From Flaccisagitta enflata (taxonomy: Eukaryota), in the NCBI GenBank assembly GCA_965153355.1, contig OZ231126.1:42098001-42162000 (forward strand): a stretch of 64,000 nt of DNA, given 5' to 3'. Shown in pieces: positions 51,880-64,000 of the stretch. Under the pieces are notes generated by a model. The model did not search any database, was not told the origin of the DNA, and was given only the letters and a program-made list of their open reading frames with translations. Positions within the stretch are counted from its first letter, which is position 1. Every line of letters begins with the position of its first letter. Made by a program: the position numbers and the translations under genes.

Positions 51880-53665
51880 AAGTTTCAGTCTTGATCATCA
51901 GCTTCATCAGAATCTTCTTCTGCCATATCCACTGTACTTCCATTTGTACATGAAGTGCCTTGACAATGACCACAGGCAAGTGTGCATTTCAGACCATTTT
52001 TGTGGCAAGTACATCTTGCAGAAGTGCAATCTGTGGTGCAATCACATCAAATGACTTCAAGCAGTTCAGGCGGGGCAGGTGGAAGATCTGTTAATACAGG
52101 GGAGTATCCTGAATCTGTGAGCTTCCAACCCCATGATTCTTCCTTCAAATTGCAATGAGGATTTTTCCATTGATAAATTTGTAGATACACTCTGTAACTG
52201 TGAAATTTTGAAGCCGCTGTGGTAGGGGGAAGGCTTTTTCCCTTGACTCTGAAGACTTTTAGCAACCTTTTCACAGTTTTTCCTATTTCTCAGCGCATTC
52301 AGAGACTCATTCTTTTTCTCATTATACATTTCCACCAATGCCTTTTCACCTGCTACAGCAATTTCCTCAGGTGCGGCTGACTCATCATCAAAAACTTTTG
52401 CTGATTGCTGCAAAACAGTGTTTGTCTTAAACTTTTTCAATAAAGCAGCCTTGCCGATGCCAAAAAGCCTTGAAGTGGTATCACAGCCAAGAAGTACATG
52501 TAGAAAAAGAATATGTTTGCAGACACATGGCCCAATGTCCCTCTTTGCTTGCTTTTGGTCCCAAACCCGTTGTTTTGCATTCTTCTTTGGTTCAGGGGCA
52601 AAAGAGAGGCCTATTCCAGTTGGATTTGAGTGATACAACAAGAGGACAATCAGGTCTGTGTCATCTCCAACCAATACAGTATCTTGTGCACTACCTGATT
52701 CAATCGTTTTTTGGGCAATCAAAACATCAGCATCTGATGATGCATAGAAAATTTAGCAACCTGTAGCCTGTAGATGATCATCAAGCTGTTTAACAAAGTT
52801 CAGCTCGTTTATGGGATTGCTGAGGAAAATATCTTTTGCAACAGTTAAACACATTTCTTTGGTAAACGACACTGTAGGACTGTTGAAGCAGAACAATATC
52901 CATCAAAAACAACAACTGCTTTGCCATACCTATTGCAAACATACCCAGTGTAACGTTTCAGGATATGATCAAAGGTTTCTCCACATGTCCATGGTATGCG
53001 ATGCAAGAGAGCTCCACCATCTATTACATATTGTGCTGGCTTTAGAATTTCAACATCTTTGTTTGGGATGTTAGCCCAAATTGCATATGCAAAATTGGCT
53101 TTCTGAGGTTCATGCAGCAAGTGAGATTCAGCTAAGGCTGCTAAGGCTGGTGGAAATACGCTGAGTTCATAGTCAAAAGCATCATCAATATGTCCATGTC
53201 CTGCCAATGCTAACCTTTGAAAGAGGACTTGAGGATTGAATTGGACTCCTGCACCATTTATCATTACAGAGGATTTTGATGCAGGTGTGACTGCTTGCTC
53301 TTTTTTCCAGAAGGATATTCCATCCACCTTCTCAACGACCATTCGAGAAATGATATTGTTGCCTACAATTTCTGCATCATCGACATTGACAGTTGCTTGG
53401 GCATGAACTCCATTAGCTATATTACACAATACTGATCCATATTCAAAGGGGTTTCTTTCTTGAAAGAAACCTCAAACAATGTTTGTATCCTTCCAATCAC
53501 ATGCAACTCTGGAAGGACCAAAATCTTTGTTCTGCTCTCCAGTTCTCAATCTAGTTGCTGTCAACTCTTGGACTGCATTGTGTACCTCAGCACAGACAGG
53601 CCTTGATAGGGTCCATTGATTTGTCTGTGTTTTAGTCATTCCACTCCCATGGGTCAGACCCCCAG
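51880..53665 (-). pseudogene. Decayed Academ-like transposon ORF (XPG/FEN1-type nuclease plus Cys-rich CXC tail)
   Basis: Fragments VIDGGALLH, VVVFDGY, VLVGDDTDLIVLLL, LGCDTTSRLFGIGK, LPPTTAASKFHSYRVYLQ..W..WGW and a Cys-rich C-terminus, broken by frameshifts and stops across ORFs 52047-53759. Confidence 0.75.
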
Positions 53666-53745
53666 AGGAGGAGGAGGAGGAGGAGGAGGAGGAGGAGAAG
53701 GAGGTGAAGAAGAACAAGTCATCCAAGGATCGCACATGGTCAGCG

Positions 53746-54587
53746 CACAGTGCGGCCAAAACCTAACGCCCGCAGATAAATGCCCTATCTCCACTCCGAC
53801 CACCCTAATCACCCCCGCCAGCCTACACAGTGCGGCCAAAACCTAACGCCCGCAGATAAATGCCCTATCTCCACTCCGACCACCCTAATCACCCCCGCCA
53901 GCCTACACAGTGCGGCCAAAACCTAACGCCCGCAGATAAATGCCCTATCTCCACTCCGACCACCCTAATCACCCCCGCCAGCCTACACAGTGCGGCCAAA
54001 ACCTAACGCCCGCAGATAAATGCCCTATCTCCACTCCGACCACCCTAATCACCCCTGCCAGCCTACACAGTGCGGCCAAAACCTAACGCCCGCAGATAAA
54101 TGCCCTATCTCCACTCCGACCACCCTAATCACCCCTGCCAGCCTACACAGTGCGGCCAAAACCTAACGCCCGCAGATAAATGCCCTATCTCCACTCCGAC
54201 CACCCTAATCACCCCTGCCAGCCTACACAGTGCGGCCAAAACCTAACGCCCGCAGATAAATGCCCTATCTCCACTCCGACCACCCTAATCACCCCTGCCA
54301 GCCTACACAGTGCGGCCAAAACCTAACGCCCGCAGATAAATGCCCTATCTCCACTCCGACCACCCTAATCACCCCTGCCAGCCTACACAGTGCGGCCAAA
54401 ACCTAACGCCCGCAGATAAATGCCCTATCTCCACTCCGACCACCCTAATCACCCCCGCCAGCCTACACAGTGCGGCCAAAACCTAACGCCCGCAGATAAA
54501 TGCCCTATCTCCACTCCGACCACCCTAATCACCCCCGCCAGCCTACACAGTGCGGCCAAAACCTAACGCCCGCAGATAAATGCCCTA
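53746..54587. repeat. 80-bp tandem repeat, ~10.5 near-identical copies
   Basis: Unit cacagtgcggccaaaacctaacgcccgcagataaatgccctatctccactccgaccaccctaatcacccc[c/t]gccagccta. Confidence 0.95.
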
Positions 54588-55152
54588 TTGCTTCTAGTCT
54601 TTGCCCCCATCCCTCCCACCTCCAAAATTCAATTTTTTTCAAATCAAAATTTTTGAATCCTTTCCTTACACTTGAGTGTTCATCTGCTATCTAAATGTAT
54701 TTGCTCTCATATTTCCTAATCAGTTATATCCAGGAAAATGTCCATTTTGCAAAGTACAGCCTTATATGGGGGAGAGGGTTCTTTGCATCATAACAGTTTA
54801 AATATATAATCTATGTTTGCAAGTTCAAAACGGCAATATGCAGAATACATTATGGCAGTTTGATTCAGTCACGTCCTTTCACAAAATTCGCCTTGCATAG
54901 AACTCAGCAGAGGGCACATGTATTTCTGTTTTTTTTTCTTTTGATCATTCTTTTTTTCATTCCAGCTGTTCATCACAAAGATTCATTTTTGAAAGCTGTT
55001 TTGCAAATCAATTCTAGTCTATTCACGCAACAGTACACTTCTTTTGAGGATGATAATAAGGGAGAAAAGGATAAAAAGAATTGAAAAGCTGCTGGTTAGA
55101 GACAAGGCCGGATACACGGGCCAAGACGGTGCGACGGGCGTTAATTATTCTT

Positions 55153-55312
55153 AGACCTATCCCTAGCTCCATCAGACCTATCCCTAGCTCTATCAGACTT
55201 ATCCCTAGCTCTATCAGACCTACCCCAAGCTCTATCATGCCTATCCCGAGCTCTATCAGACCTATCCCCAGCTCTACCAGACCTAACCCGAGCTCTATCA
55301 GACCTATCCCCA
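55153..55312. repeat. 21-bp minisatellite (agacctatccctagctctatc)
   Basis: About 7-8 tandem units following a family-A-like head. Confidence 0.85.
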
Positions 55313-55994
55313 CAACCAGACCTCTTGATTATGATTTTCTTCCGGGCAGCAGGAATTGTATTCTAAGATCCTCCGACAGACCATTTTGACTAACACTTAA
55401 CAAAAAGTTACTATAAAACGGGGTTTCAGCTATTAAAAGCACACTTAAATTCACCCTTGATTCTTCTTAAATGGGTTTGATGATACTTGGATCGTTGATA
55501 CACTTTTCGTCACATACACGTGACTCTACATGTTGCTTTGTCAGTCCGTCCATTTGTCCCTCCATCCGTCAGTCCATCAACCTGTCACATTATTAATTTT
55601 TTGACTTTTTTGGGTTTTTCAAGGTAGAATAGGTTGTTTCTAGGGCTAAATTTGTTATTATCAATCTCTTGGTCAGTTGGTTGAAAGGAAGGACGGAAGG
55701 AAGGAATGAACGAAGAAAGGAAGAGAGGATGTAAGGAAGGTAGGAAGGAAGGAATGGAAGGAAGGGAGGGAGGAAGGAAGGAATGGAAAGAGCTAAGGAG
55801 GAAGGAAAGAATGGAGGAAGGAGTTTTATGTATGTGGTTGTGTGTGTAATTGTGAAACAGACCATGTGACTGTTGGCCTAAGGAGCATGTTTTTTTTTTT
55901 CAAAACGCAATTTTGAAAATTTGAAACTCAATTTGATTTTTCTTCCTTTTCTTCCTCTTAAAGAGATGAAAAGACGCATATATAAAGGAGAGGG

Positions 55995-56176
<182 letters not shown>

Positions 56177-56239
56177 ATGCAAACAGAAAAAAAAATGCAC
56201 CCAAAAATACCCAAAAATACTCAAAAATACCCAAAAATG

Positions 56240-56997
56240 CACCGCTTTCAGATCGAAATGTCGCGAAAAGAAGATATATTACTCCTAAAATGCTTAAGAC
56301 AACTACTTGATTCTTTTTTGCTGTGGTAGATAATTCGATTAAGTTTTGTTACAAAAAAAGAATTAAAGCCCCAGTGTTGATATATTTGCTCTGAATTTCA
56401 TGACAAAAATTAGTCAATTTCAGCCAAAAATGGCCTTTTTTTCATGGAAAAAATGAGGTTAGGTAACAGCAGTGCTTCTTTTTTTCAACAAAAGTGGTCA
56501 AACAGTGTTGTTTATGAGAAATTAATGAAGTTTTGTTTTAAATTCTAAAAGATTTGACTTAAATGTGATGCAGTAATGATTGATTTTGACCCCAAAACAC
56601 TGCAAAAACCTCAAGATTTAGGAAAATTTTTAAAAATTGTCTGCAAATTGTTCAAAATTGATATCAGTGAAAAACAATTTTTCCTTACAACATAATCTAC
56701 ATTAAATTCTCTTGAATTCTAGACTAATCCCAGCAATTCAGCTCAATTTGTGTAGAAATGACAACTATGAAATAAAGTAAAGAAAAAGTTGTTGGGAAAA
56801 AAATCCTTCAATGTGAAACACGCAATATTCATTTATTGTGAGTAGGAGGCTTGAATTTTTTAGTTGGTGGGATATTCTTTGCTTGTAGCAAAACTTAATC
56901 AAATTATCTACCAGGGGAAAAAAGAAAAAACTAATTACTATGAATAGTTTTGGAGTAATATATCTTCTTTTCGCGACATTTCGATCTGAAAGCGGTG
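56240..56997. mobile_element. MITE with CAC...GTG termini and ~120-bp imperfect TIRs
   Basis: caccgctttcagatcgaaatgtcgcgaaaagaagatatattactcc versus ggagtaatatatcttcttttcgcgacatttcgatctgaaagcggtg. No clear TSD. Confidence 0.75.
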
Positions 56998-57207
56998 TAA
57001 GCAAAAATACTCAAAAAAACTGAAAAATACCCAAAAGTACCCAACTTGTTAAACCTTAAAAACTCATGATTTTAAAAATGTGATTGATCAACGGACCTAC
57101 CGACCTACCGACCAACACGGCAAGGTGTAGAGTTGTGTGCACGCGACTAAAAAAAGATAACATGACCATTGACCAACTAACTTTATCAGTTATCAATTTT
57201 TTTTTAT

Positions 57208-57353
<146 letters not shown>

Positions 57354-57698
57354 CGGCTTCTGGCTCCTCGCTTCGCCTCGGTATTCGAAGCATTACATTG
57401 CGTCTGCGATTCTCCTAGATTGTGAAGCGGGAAAACTTGAATTGCAACTTTTGTCTCCCGTTTTCAGTAATGTTTTTAGGTGCGACAAAGCACCTCTATA
57501 ACTGGCTGTGTCCGTTGGTTGGTCGGTTGGTCTGTTGGTCGGTAACGCATTCGTTCGACGATCCACACGTCGCACCTATTGGCCTACTTGGCCTTGTTGT
57601 TACTATAGTCGACCTGGATAATCTTTCTTCCCCTCACTCTCTCCCTCTCTCTCTCTTCCTTCCTTTCTTTCTCTCTTTCCTTCTTCCTTTCTTTCTTC

Positions 57699-57815
<117 letters not shown>

Positions 57816-58488
57816 CGCGCTCTCGCTCTCGCTCTCTCTGTTTGGCTGTCATTGTAAGGTTTCAATGAGGGTCATCATTGTCGTCGGTTGTTTGTTTTCT
57901 GTTTCCAACCCGAATGATATTTACGTGCATACGCAAGTACTTATTTTCAATCAAAAACAAAATAAGGAAGAAAAAAAATTACACAAAATTTCCTCGAAAT
58001 TCGTTTCGAATTCGGTAAGGCCAAACAGTTTTGAAGAAAAAGCGCATGGATGAAGCAATTTTACTGGACTTGGTTTCAGTTGCAGTGACTCATACGCGCA
58101 TTAAGATAATGAAATTAGTTTTTCGCTCATATCTCGCCTTAAACGAAAAAGCGCATGGAAGCGCATCACAGGTATGTGTGTGGGAGTGGACTGGAGGTAG
58201 TCTGCCAGTCATTGTAAAGATAAAGTTGAATCGCTGCGAATCGCAGCAGATAAACTAATCGCTAGTTATTTCTTTGTTAGAGAGAGGGTGTTCACACATC
58301 AATTCTGAGCGATCTAATGATAATAGAAACTTGTAAATATGCATAAGTGTACTTTGATGCATTCTGTCTTGATCGAAATCATCGAAAAATATTTTCTCCG
58401 ACATGACTTTATTCTTGGGCCGCCACACTGTGCAGCGGTACCCGATGCCCTGCTTGGAAAGATAAGCTGAAGAAGTGGAGTGGGAGCA

Positions 58489-58989
58489 GGGCAGCGGCCC
58501 CAAAGAGCCGATGTCCTGTAGGACACAGGGGTGAATTTCCATTTGTCCTGAGAGGGCATATTTGGGGTAATTTTCCGTGATATTCATTGAGAATTTTGCA
58601 TTTTTTCAATTTTTTGTCAATTTGCCATGTTATTCAATGGGAATTTGAGGCCTGAGAGGCTGGATTTGAGGCCCAAGAGGCTGGATTTGAGGCCCAAAAG
58701 GCTGAATTTGAAGCCTGAAAGGCTGGATTTGAGGCTCTAGAGGCTGGATTTGAGGCCTGAGAGGCTGGATTTGAGGCCTGAGAGGCTGGATCTAAGGTCT
58801 AAGAGGCCAGATTTGAGGTCTGAGAGGCCAAATTTGAGGCCTAAGAGGCCAGATTTGAAGCCTAAGAGGCTGGATTTGAGGCCTAAGAGGCTTGAGAAGC
58901 TTTGGAGGGGGGGACATACATATTGTCAGACGGACGTAACGGTTCACCCCTGTGTCCTACAGTACATCGGCCCTTTGGGGCCGCTGCCC
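58489..58989. mobile_element. Foldback/MITE-like repeat with internal 21-bp minisatellite
   Basis: gggcagcggccccaaagagccgatgtcctgtaggacacaggggtgaa versus ttcacccctgtgtcctacagtacatcggccctttggggccgctgccc. Confidence 0.7.
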
Positions 58990-61900
58990 AAAAAGGCAGA
59001 TAGAGTTGATAGGGGGAGGGAGAGGAAGTGGGAGAGACACCACATGATCTTTTTTATCGATCTATTTTGATTGATCTTTATGGAAAATCAAGTTTTTCAA
59101 TGAAAAACAAAGGCCTTTGCGATCGATTTTTTATGACGTCAGAATATGAAAAAAATGACAAAATCCTTTGGGTAATAGTTGATAATCTGTTTGTACACAT
59201 GATGAAGAGTAGAATTCTTCCAATAAACCTTTGTACGGAATTTCCCCCTTGTCAAAGTATTGATGTCTGTATATGTCTCCGCCTAAAAATCGCAGCCTCG
59301 AGGGCCTCAGAGAACGTATTAAAGATCTTTTAGGAAAGCTTAGTAAAAGGGGGGCCGATTAGGAGATAATAAAGCTAATCAACAACGACAAACAAGATCG
59401 CGATCGCCGAAGAAAAGGACAGACAACTCTCAGATATATCACAGTTCTCATTCAGGGGGAAATTCAATTAAAGGGTTTGGAGGTGAGGAAAAAAATCAAA
59501 AGCTGGAAAGAAAAACAGAATTTGAAAAAGTTTCACACTATTGGCAGTTCCAAAAACTAGTATGCAATTACTTCAACACAGTTTTACGCAATTTTGACCA
59601 TACTCATATCATATCCAAAGTCCAAAAGGATTTTATACACCCCTGTAATCTCATTGGAACAAAAGGACTTACACATTATTGTCTATGGCGTTCGAGGAAG
59701 GCGTTAAACTCATCTTTTTTGAAAATCAGAACGGCATTTTTGCTCTCTATAGGAAAAAATAGACTCAATCTCTCTCTAAAAAAAAGACCTATTTGGATAA
59801 GAGAGGAGGGAAAAGGAAAGAGTAGACAAGCACTAAGAGAGAGGAAGAGCTCAGAGCATGGAAGACAAGAGTAAATAACGGAATATCGAGAAAGAGGAAA
59901 TTGAAAGGGAAAGAAAAGAAGGAACGAAAAAGAAAAAGAATCAAAAAGAATGGAATCAAGAATTAAGGAGGAAGCGTCGAGTCATCAAGAAAACAAAAGA
60001 AAACAAGTGACGCGGGGTCACAATATCGTTGCTGACGGGTGGGCAGGGGCATCCAACCCCCAACCACACCCGAACCTCCACCTCATATTCCCCTACACAC
60101 CAACATACACAAACACTTTTTAAAACGTTTGTTTTTCCACTTTACAACTCGATCATCGCTGACGGACCGATGGACCGATGGACCGACGGACGGACAAAAC
60201 CTCTTATGGAGTTGTGCGTCCGCAACTAAAAACGAAGTTTAATATTGGGAGTCGGCGACAAAACTTTGTTCTATACAGACGCCCCACTGAGAATTCGTAC
60301 TCAGAAATTCTTTGGGAAATTTGCACACGAAATTTCGAACCGCCTGCACATTTTTTGCCCAAATGCTCTGGTTACTCATATACTGCCCCTGCCCTCCCGC
60401 ACGCGACTTGGGTAGCGTTGTATCCGGCCTTGTTTTTGCTGATTATTACCTTTATTCATAATGAATTTTTAAGATATTTTCAGAAAATATTATTTTGTTA
60501 TAAGCTCAATTTAAAAAAAAAGGGACGCTAATTAGAGGCGGGCGGGAGGCGATAAGTACAGGAAATACGGCATTTGCATTCATCTAAGGGCCATTAGGAC
60601 TAAATTTTAGTAAACTGCGAAGGTCGGAGATGTGAAATGTTGGCTGACGAAATAAAATCAGATGGGGATGAGCTGTGCAGCAGATATAAACAGTGGATAA
60701 AACATCATCAGAAGTGGCGCCGAAATGGTATTTGGTCGATAACAAAAGAAGGATAAATGATTCGAGACAAAATCAATCGAAAGAAGGAAGATCGAGCTAT
60801 AAACAAACAAAAAAGCGAAGGGGCCGCACCGAGCCGTTATCACGTTTTGAGTTGGATTGTTTGCCCTTGGTCAAGACGAAAAGAAAACATGGTCAGATTG
60901 CCCAGATACGCGGACTAAGATGGTGAGCCTCGCCACGCGTTTCATTTCCACCTCGAGCATGATTGACCGACCGACCGTCCGTCCGTTACGCCTCCTAAAA
61001 AGATTGCATTTCTCAAAAATTTGGCCCTGGTGAGATCATACACCAAATAAAAGCAATCTGTCTGTCTGTTAATCCATTTTTTTCTCCCTGCATCGCCCAC
61101 AATCAGCGCGAAATTCACTTCACAGTCACAGTGTCATGGTGTAGCAGTGTCCCAGTGTCACAATCAGGACGCATCATTGCCGGATCGGGCTTGTTGTTGA
61201 CAGTATCGCAGACGGCGAAAGCTTGAAAGGATAAGTTGACGTGTTGAGCACATCAACCAAAACAATTTTACTTGTTAGCAAATGAACTTTTTGTTCAATA
61301 TTCATGAACCAAAAATACGTTTCACCCGTTTCATGCATCAATGGAAACGTCGTATTAATCACAAAGAGGCCAACGACTGACCAAAAAAGGCCGGATACAC
61401 GGCTAGCGAAGTCGCGTGTGGGTGGGCTGGGGCAGTAATGGAAAAGGCCGCCGTGGGTATTTGGGCAGGAGCAGATATGCAAAAGACGCCTGAGAATGCT
61501 GAAAAATAAACGGTGACCGATGGAAGGATGGATGGACCGACAGATATAGCGGGTTATAGAGTTGCGTGCACGCGACTAAAAGCGATTCTCGAATTTCCAA
61601 TGGAAAGAAAGTGTCGCGATTTATGGAGGCGGGACCAAATTCTCTCTCTTACTCGGTCCAGGCTTCTTAGTTCTTGCGCGTAACGACCGGTGAGACATAT
61701 ATGGGGGAAGGACGAACGAAGAATAAGAAGAAGAAGGAGAAGGAGAAGGAGAAGGAGAAGGAGAAGGAGAAGAAGAAGAAGAAGAAGAAGAAGAAGAAGA
61801 AGAAGAAGATAGAGAGGAAGATTGAAAGGTTGACAAAAAGACAGTTTCCGGTTTTCTGGTCAACAACTGACGGAAGCGAGAGCACATTTCTCATTCTGTC

Positions 61901-62737
61901 TTTCGCAGGAAGAGAAATAAGAAGTAGAATGGAGGCGAGAGAGCAAAACATTCTGCCAGGATGACATCGTCGTGGGAAGTAGGGACGGCTGGTCACAAGT
62001 CTACTCTTGTGTGTGTGGGCGTCTGTGGTGTTTTCTTCCCGAATGGGGTGATTAGTTCTTCTTGTTAGATCCGTTTACGTGACCTAATATGTCGCTGTTT
62101 CGGTCCGTCTATCCATCAATTTGTTAGTTCGTCAATCGGTTACATTTTTCATTTGCGATCATTTTTTTCGTCGCAGATTCTGCCCAACTATACATGTCAT
62201 CTAGGGCATGGCTTTTCGTGTTTTTGGTTGTACGTCGTTTTTCCTCTGTCCTTGTTTTTGGTTGTTCTTCTGTCCTTGTTCTTGGTTGTTGTTCTTATTC
62301 ATTACAAACGTTGCATTTTTTTTTGTCCTTTGCTGAGGTTATCGTCGTTGTTGTTGTCGTTGTCGTTATTGACTTTCTTTACTTTGTTGAAATTTATCTT
62401 TTATAATTGTAGACGCTTTCGGCATTATGCTATTTCTTAAATATAGTTTTTTTTTGTCGCGGACAAGTGACGCTACAAGCCACCTTTTGGTTGGTCGGGC
62501 GTTTCGTTTCAATTTTTTTTTCTGTGCGTGTTTTCCAAAACGATACAACTTGTTATTTGGTTGAGTTTTTTTTTTTCGTTCATGGGCATGGCTGTTTTTC
62601 TGGGTCACTATTTTCTCGGTCTTTCTGTCTGCTTTTGCTTCGCAACGAGTGCAATTGAGTGCGGTTAGGGACTGAGGAGGTGAGGAACTTATCCGACAGA
62701 TTTCCCACGTGGATTTTGGCGTCGTTAACATCGACGG

Positions 62738-62739
62738 CG

Positions 62740-62832
<93 letters not shown>
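62738..62832. repeat. (GTT)n microsatellite
   Basis: Direct reading. Other simple repeats at 45266-45385 (GT), 46417-46507 (GGT), 47057-47190 (CAA), 48365-48463 and 56000-56174 (GA), and 57210-57348 (CA). Confidence 0.95.
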
Positions 62833-62834
<2 letters not shown>

Positions 62835-64000
62835 CTTGTTGTCGTTGTTGTTGTTTTTATTGTTGTTATTGTTGTTATTTTTATTGTTGTTGTTTTATTG
62901 TTATGGTTGTCCAACTCTTCTAGTTGTCGTTGTTTTATTGCTGTAGCTGTTGTCGCTGTTGTTGTTGACTTTCAACGTAATTGCGAAAACGAATAGATAA
63001 GCGTACATCTTGCAACTTAGAATCACATGAGAACAGAGGTCCAGGAAGGTTTACACAAAATGGCCCCTTGAGGTAGGCCACTGACTATGGGATAAATGTC
63101 ATTTCTCCGTTGTACCATTCTCAAGTACTTTCCATGAGCTTCAATGCTACATGTTTGTTTTGTCAAAAAATGTTCGGGAAGTGTAAGTCCAAGGGGTCAA
63201 AGAGTCAGTATGATCTACAGAGTCAAAATTTCAAAGTTTAGAATTAAATCTGATTGCAGATTTGGATTCCTCTCAAAAAAGTAGCATAAGAAAGTACTCT
63301 TCTTTTTTTTCATTTCTCATTTTAAGTGGGTCAAAATTGGGGTCAAAGGTCACAAGTGACCCCAATCTGACCTCACGTGAGGTCAAAATGAAAACGCGAT
63401 AATCAAAATTTGGGACCAGTTTAAATCCCCTGGCAACAATGAGTTGGATATGCTACATTGTTTGATTTCTCAGATTTCTTCCCAGAAAATGTCTGTGAAA
63501 AAAATATTAACCTATAGAGCTAATTTGAGGTCAGGGGGTGTGAGGACCATCTTGAGGGCCAAGAGGGTTAGTTGGAGGCCTGAAAGGCTTGATTAGAGCT
63601 CAAGGGGGGGGGGGGAATACAACTACAGACAAATGAACAAACAAACAAAATTCCCCGTATTCAACAGGACTTCGTCCCCCTGCCCAAAAGCTTAATTTGA
63701 CTTTACAGGATGATCAAAAGTCAGAAAGGCCATATCTATATTAAATATATATGCTTAGGAGCTATGTTCTTTTTAAGTAGATTCAGAATACATAGCGAGT
63801 CTAGATTTCTGTTAGGACCCTGCTGTGCATCATGACAAATATTGTTATTTTTGACAGACATTTTCTGAGAAAACTTGAAAATGACAGTAATAACTATCAA
63901 CTAATTCATTCACAAAAAATTCCGCCGCTTGGATTTGACCCAAGGAACTTCCTCTACTCGGATTCGTTAGCAGTAACTGCCCATAGAATGCAGAATTCTG

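Overview
Animal (invertebrate-type, microsatellite- and HINE-rich) genomic DNA. It carries one complete 35.6-kb Maverick/Polinton-type endogenous DNA virus at 8083-43721, with 244-bp TIRs in which I see no mismatch, AGTAGT...ACTACT termini and a CATGT target-site duplication. Unusually, the element is rich in spliceosomal introns. Splicing by hand at GT-AG sites with consistent phases reconstructs a packaging ATPase whose Walker A is split by an intron, a 9-exon major capsid protein, and a 17-exon minus-strand gene that the ORF track cannot show. That gene encodes a complete parvovirus-NS1/papillomavirus-E1-type SF3 helicase preceded by an HUH-like motif. A perfect T-shaped hairpin resembling a parvovirus terminal repeat lies about 340 bp inside the right TIR. 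The element also encodes an intronless retroviral-like integrase, a penton, a divergent protein-primed PolB, histone-H1-like, Lys-rich and Arg-rich proteins, three small single-pass membrane proteins and a large zinc-finger protein. I found no adenain protease. The host flanks contain two tandem paralogous genes for secreted 10-Cys knottin/toxin-like peptides, a decayed Academ-like transposon ORF, several MITEs and HINE-like repeats, an 80-bp tandem array and many microsatellites. All protein assignments come from motifs recognised by eye; no database searches were run.
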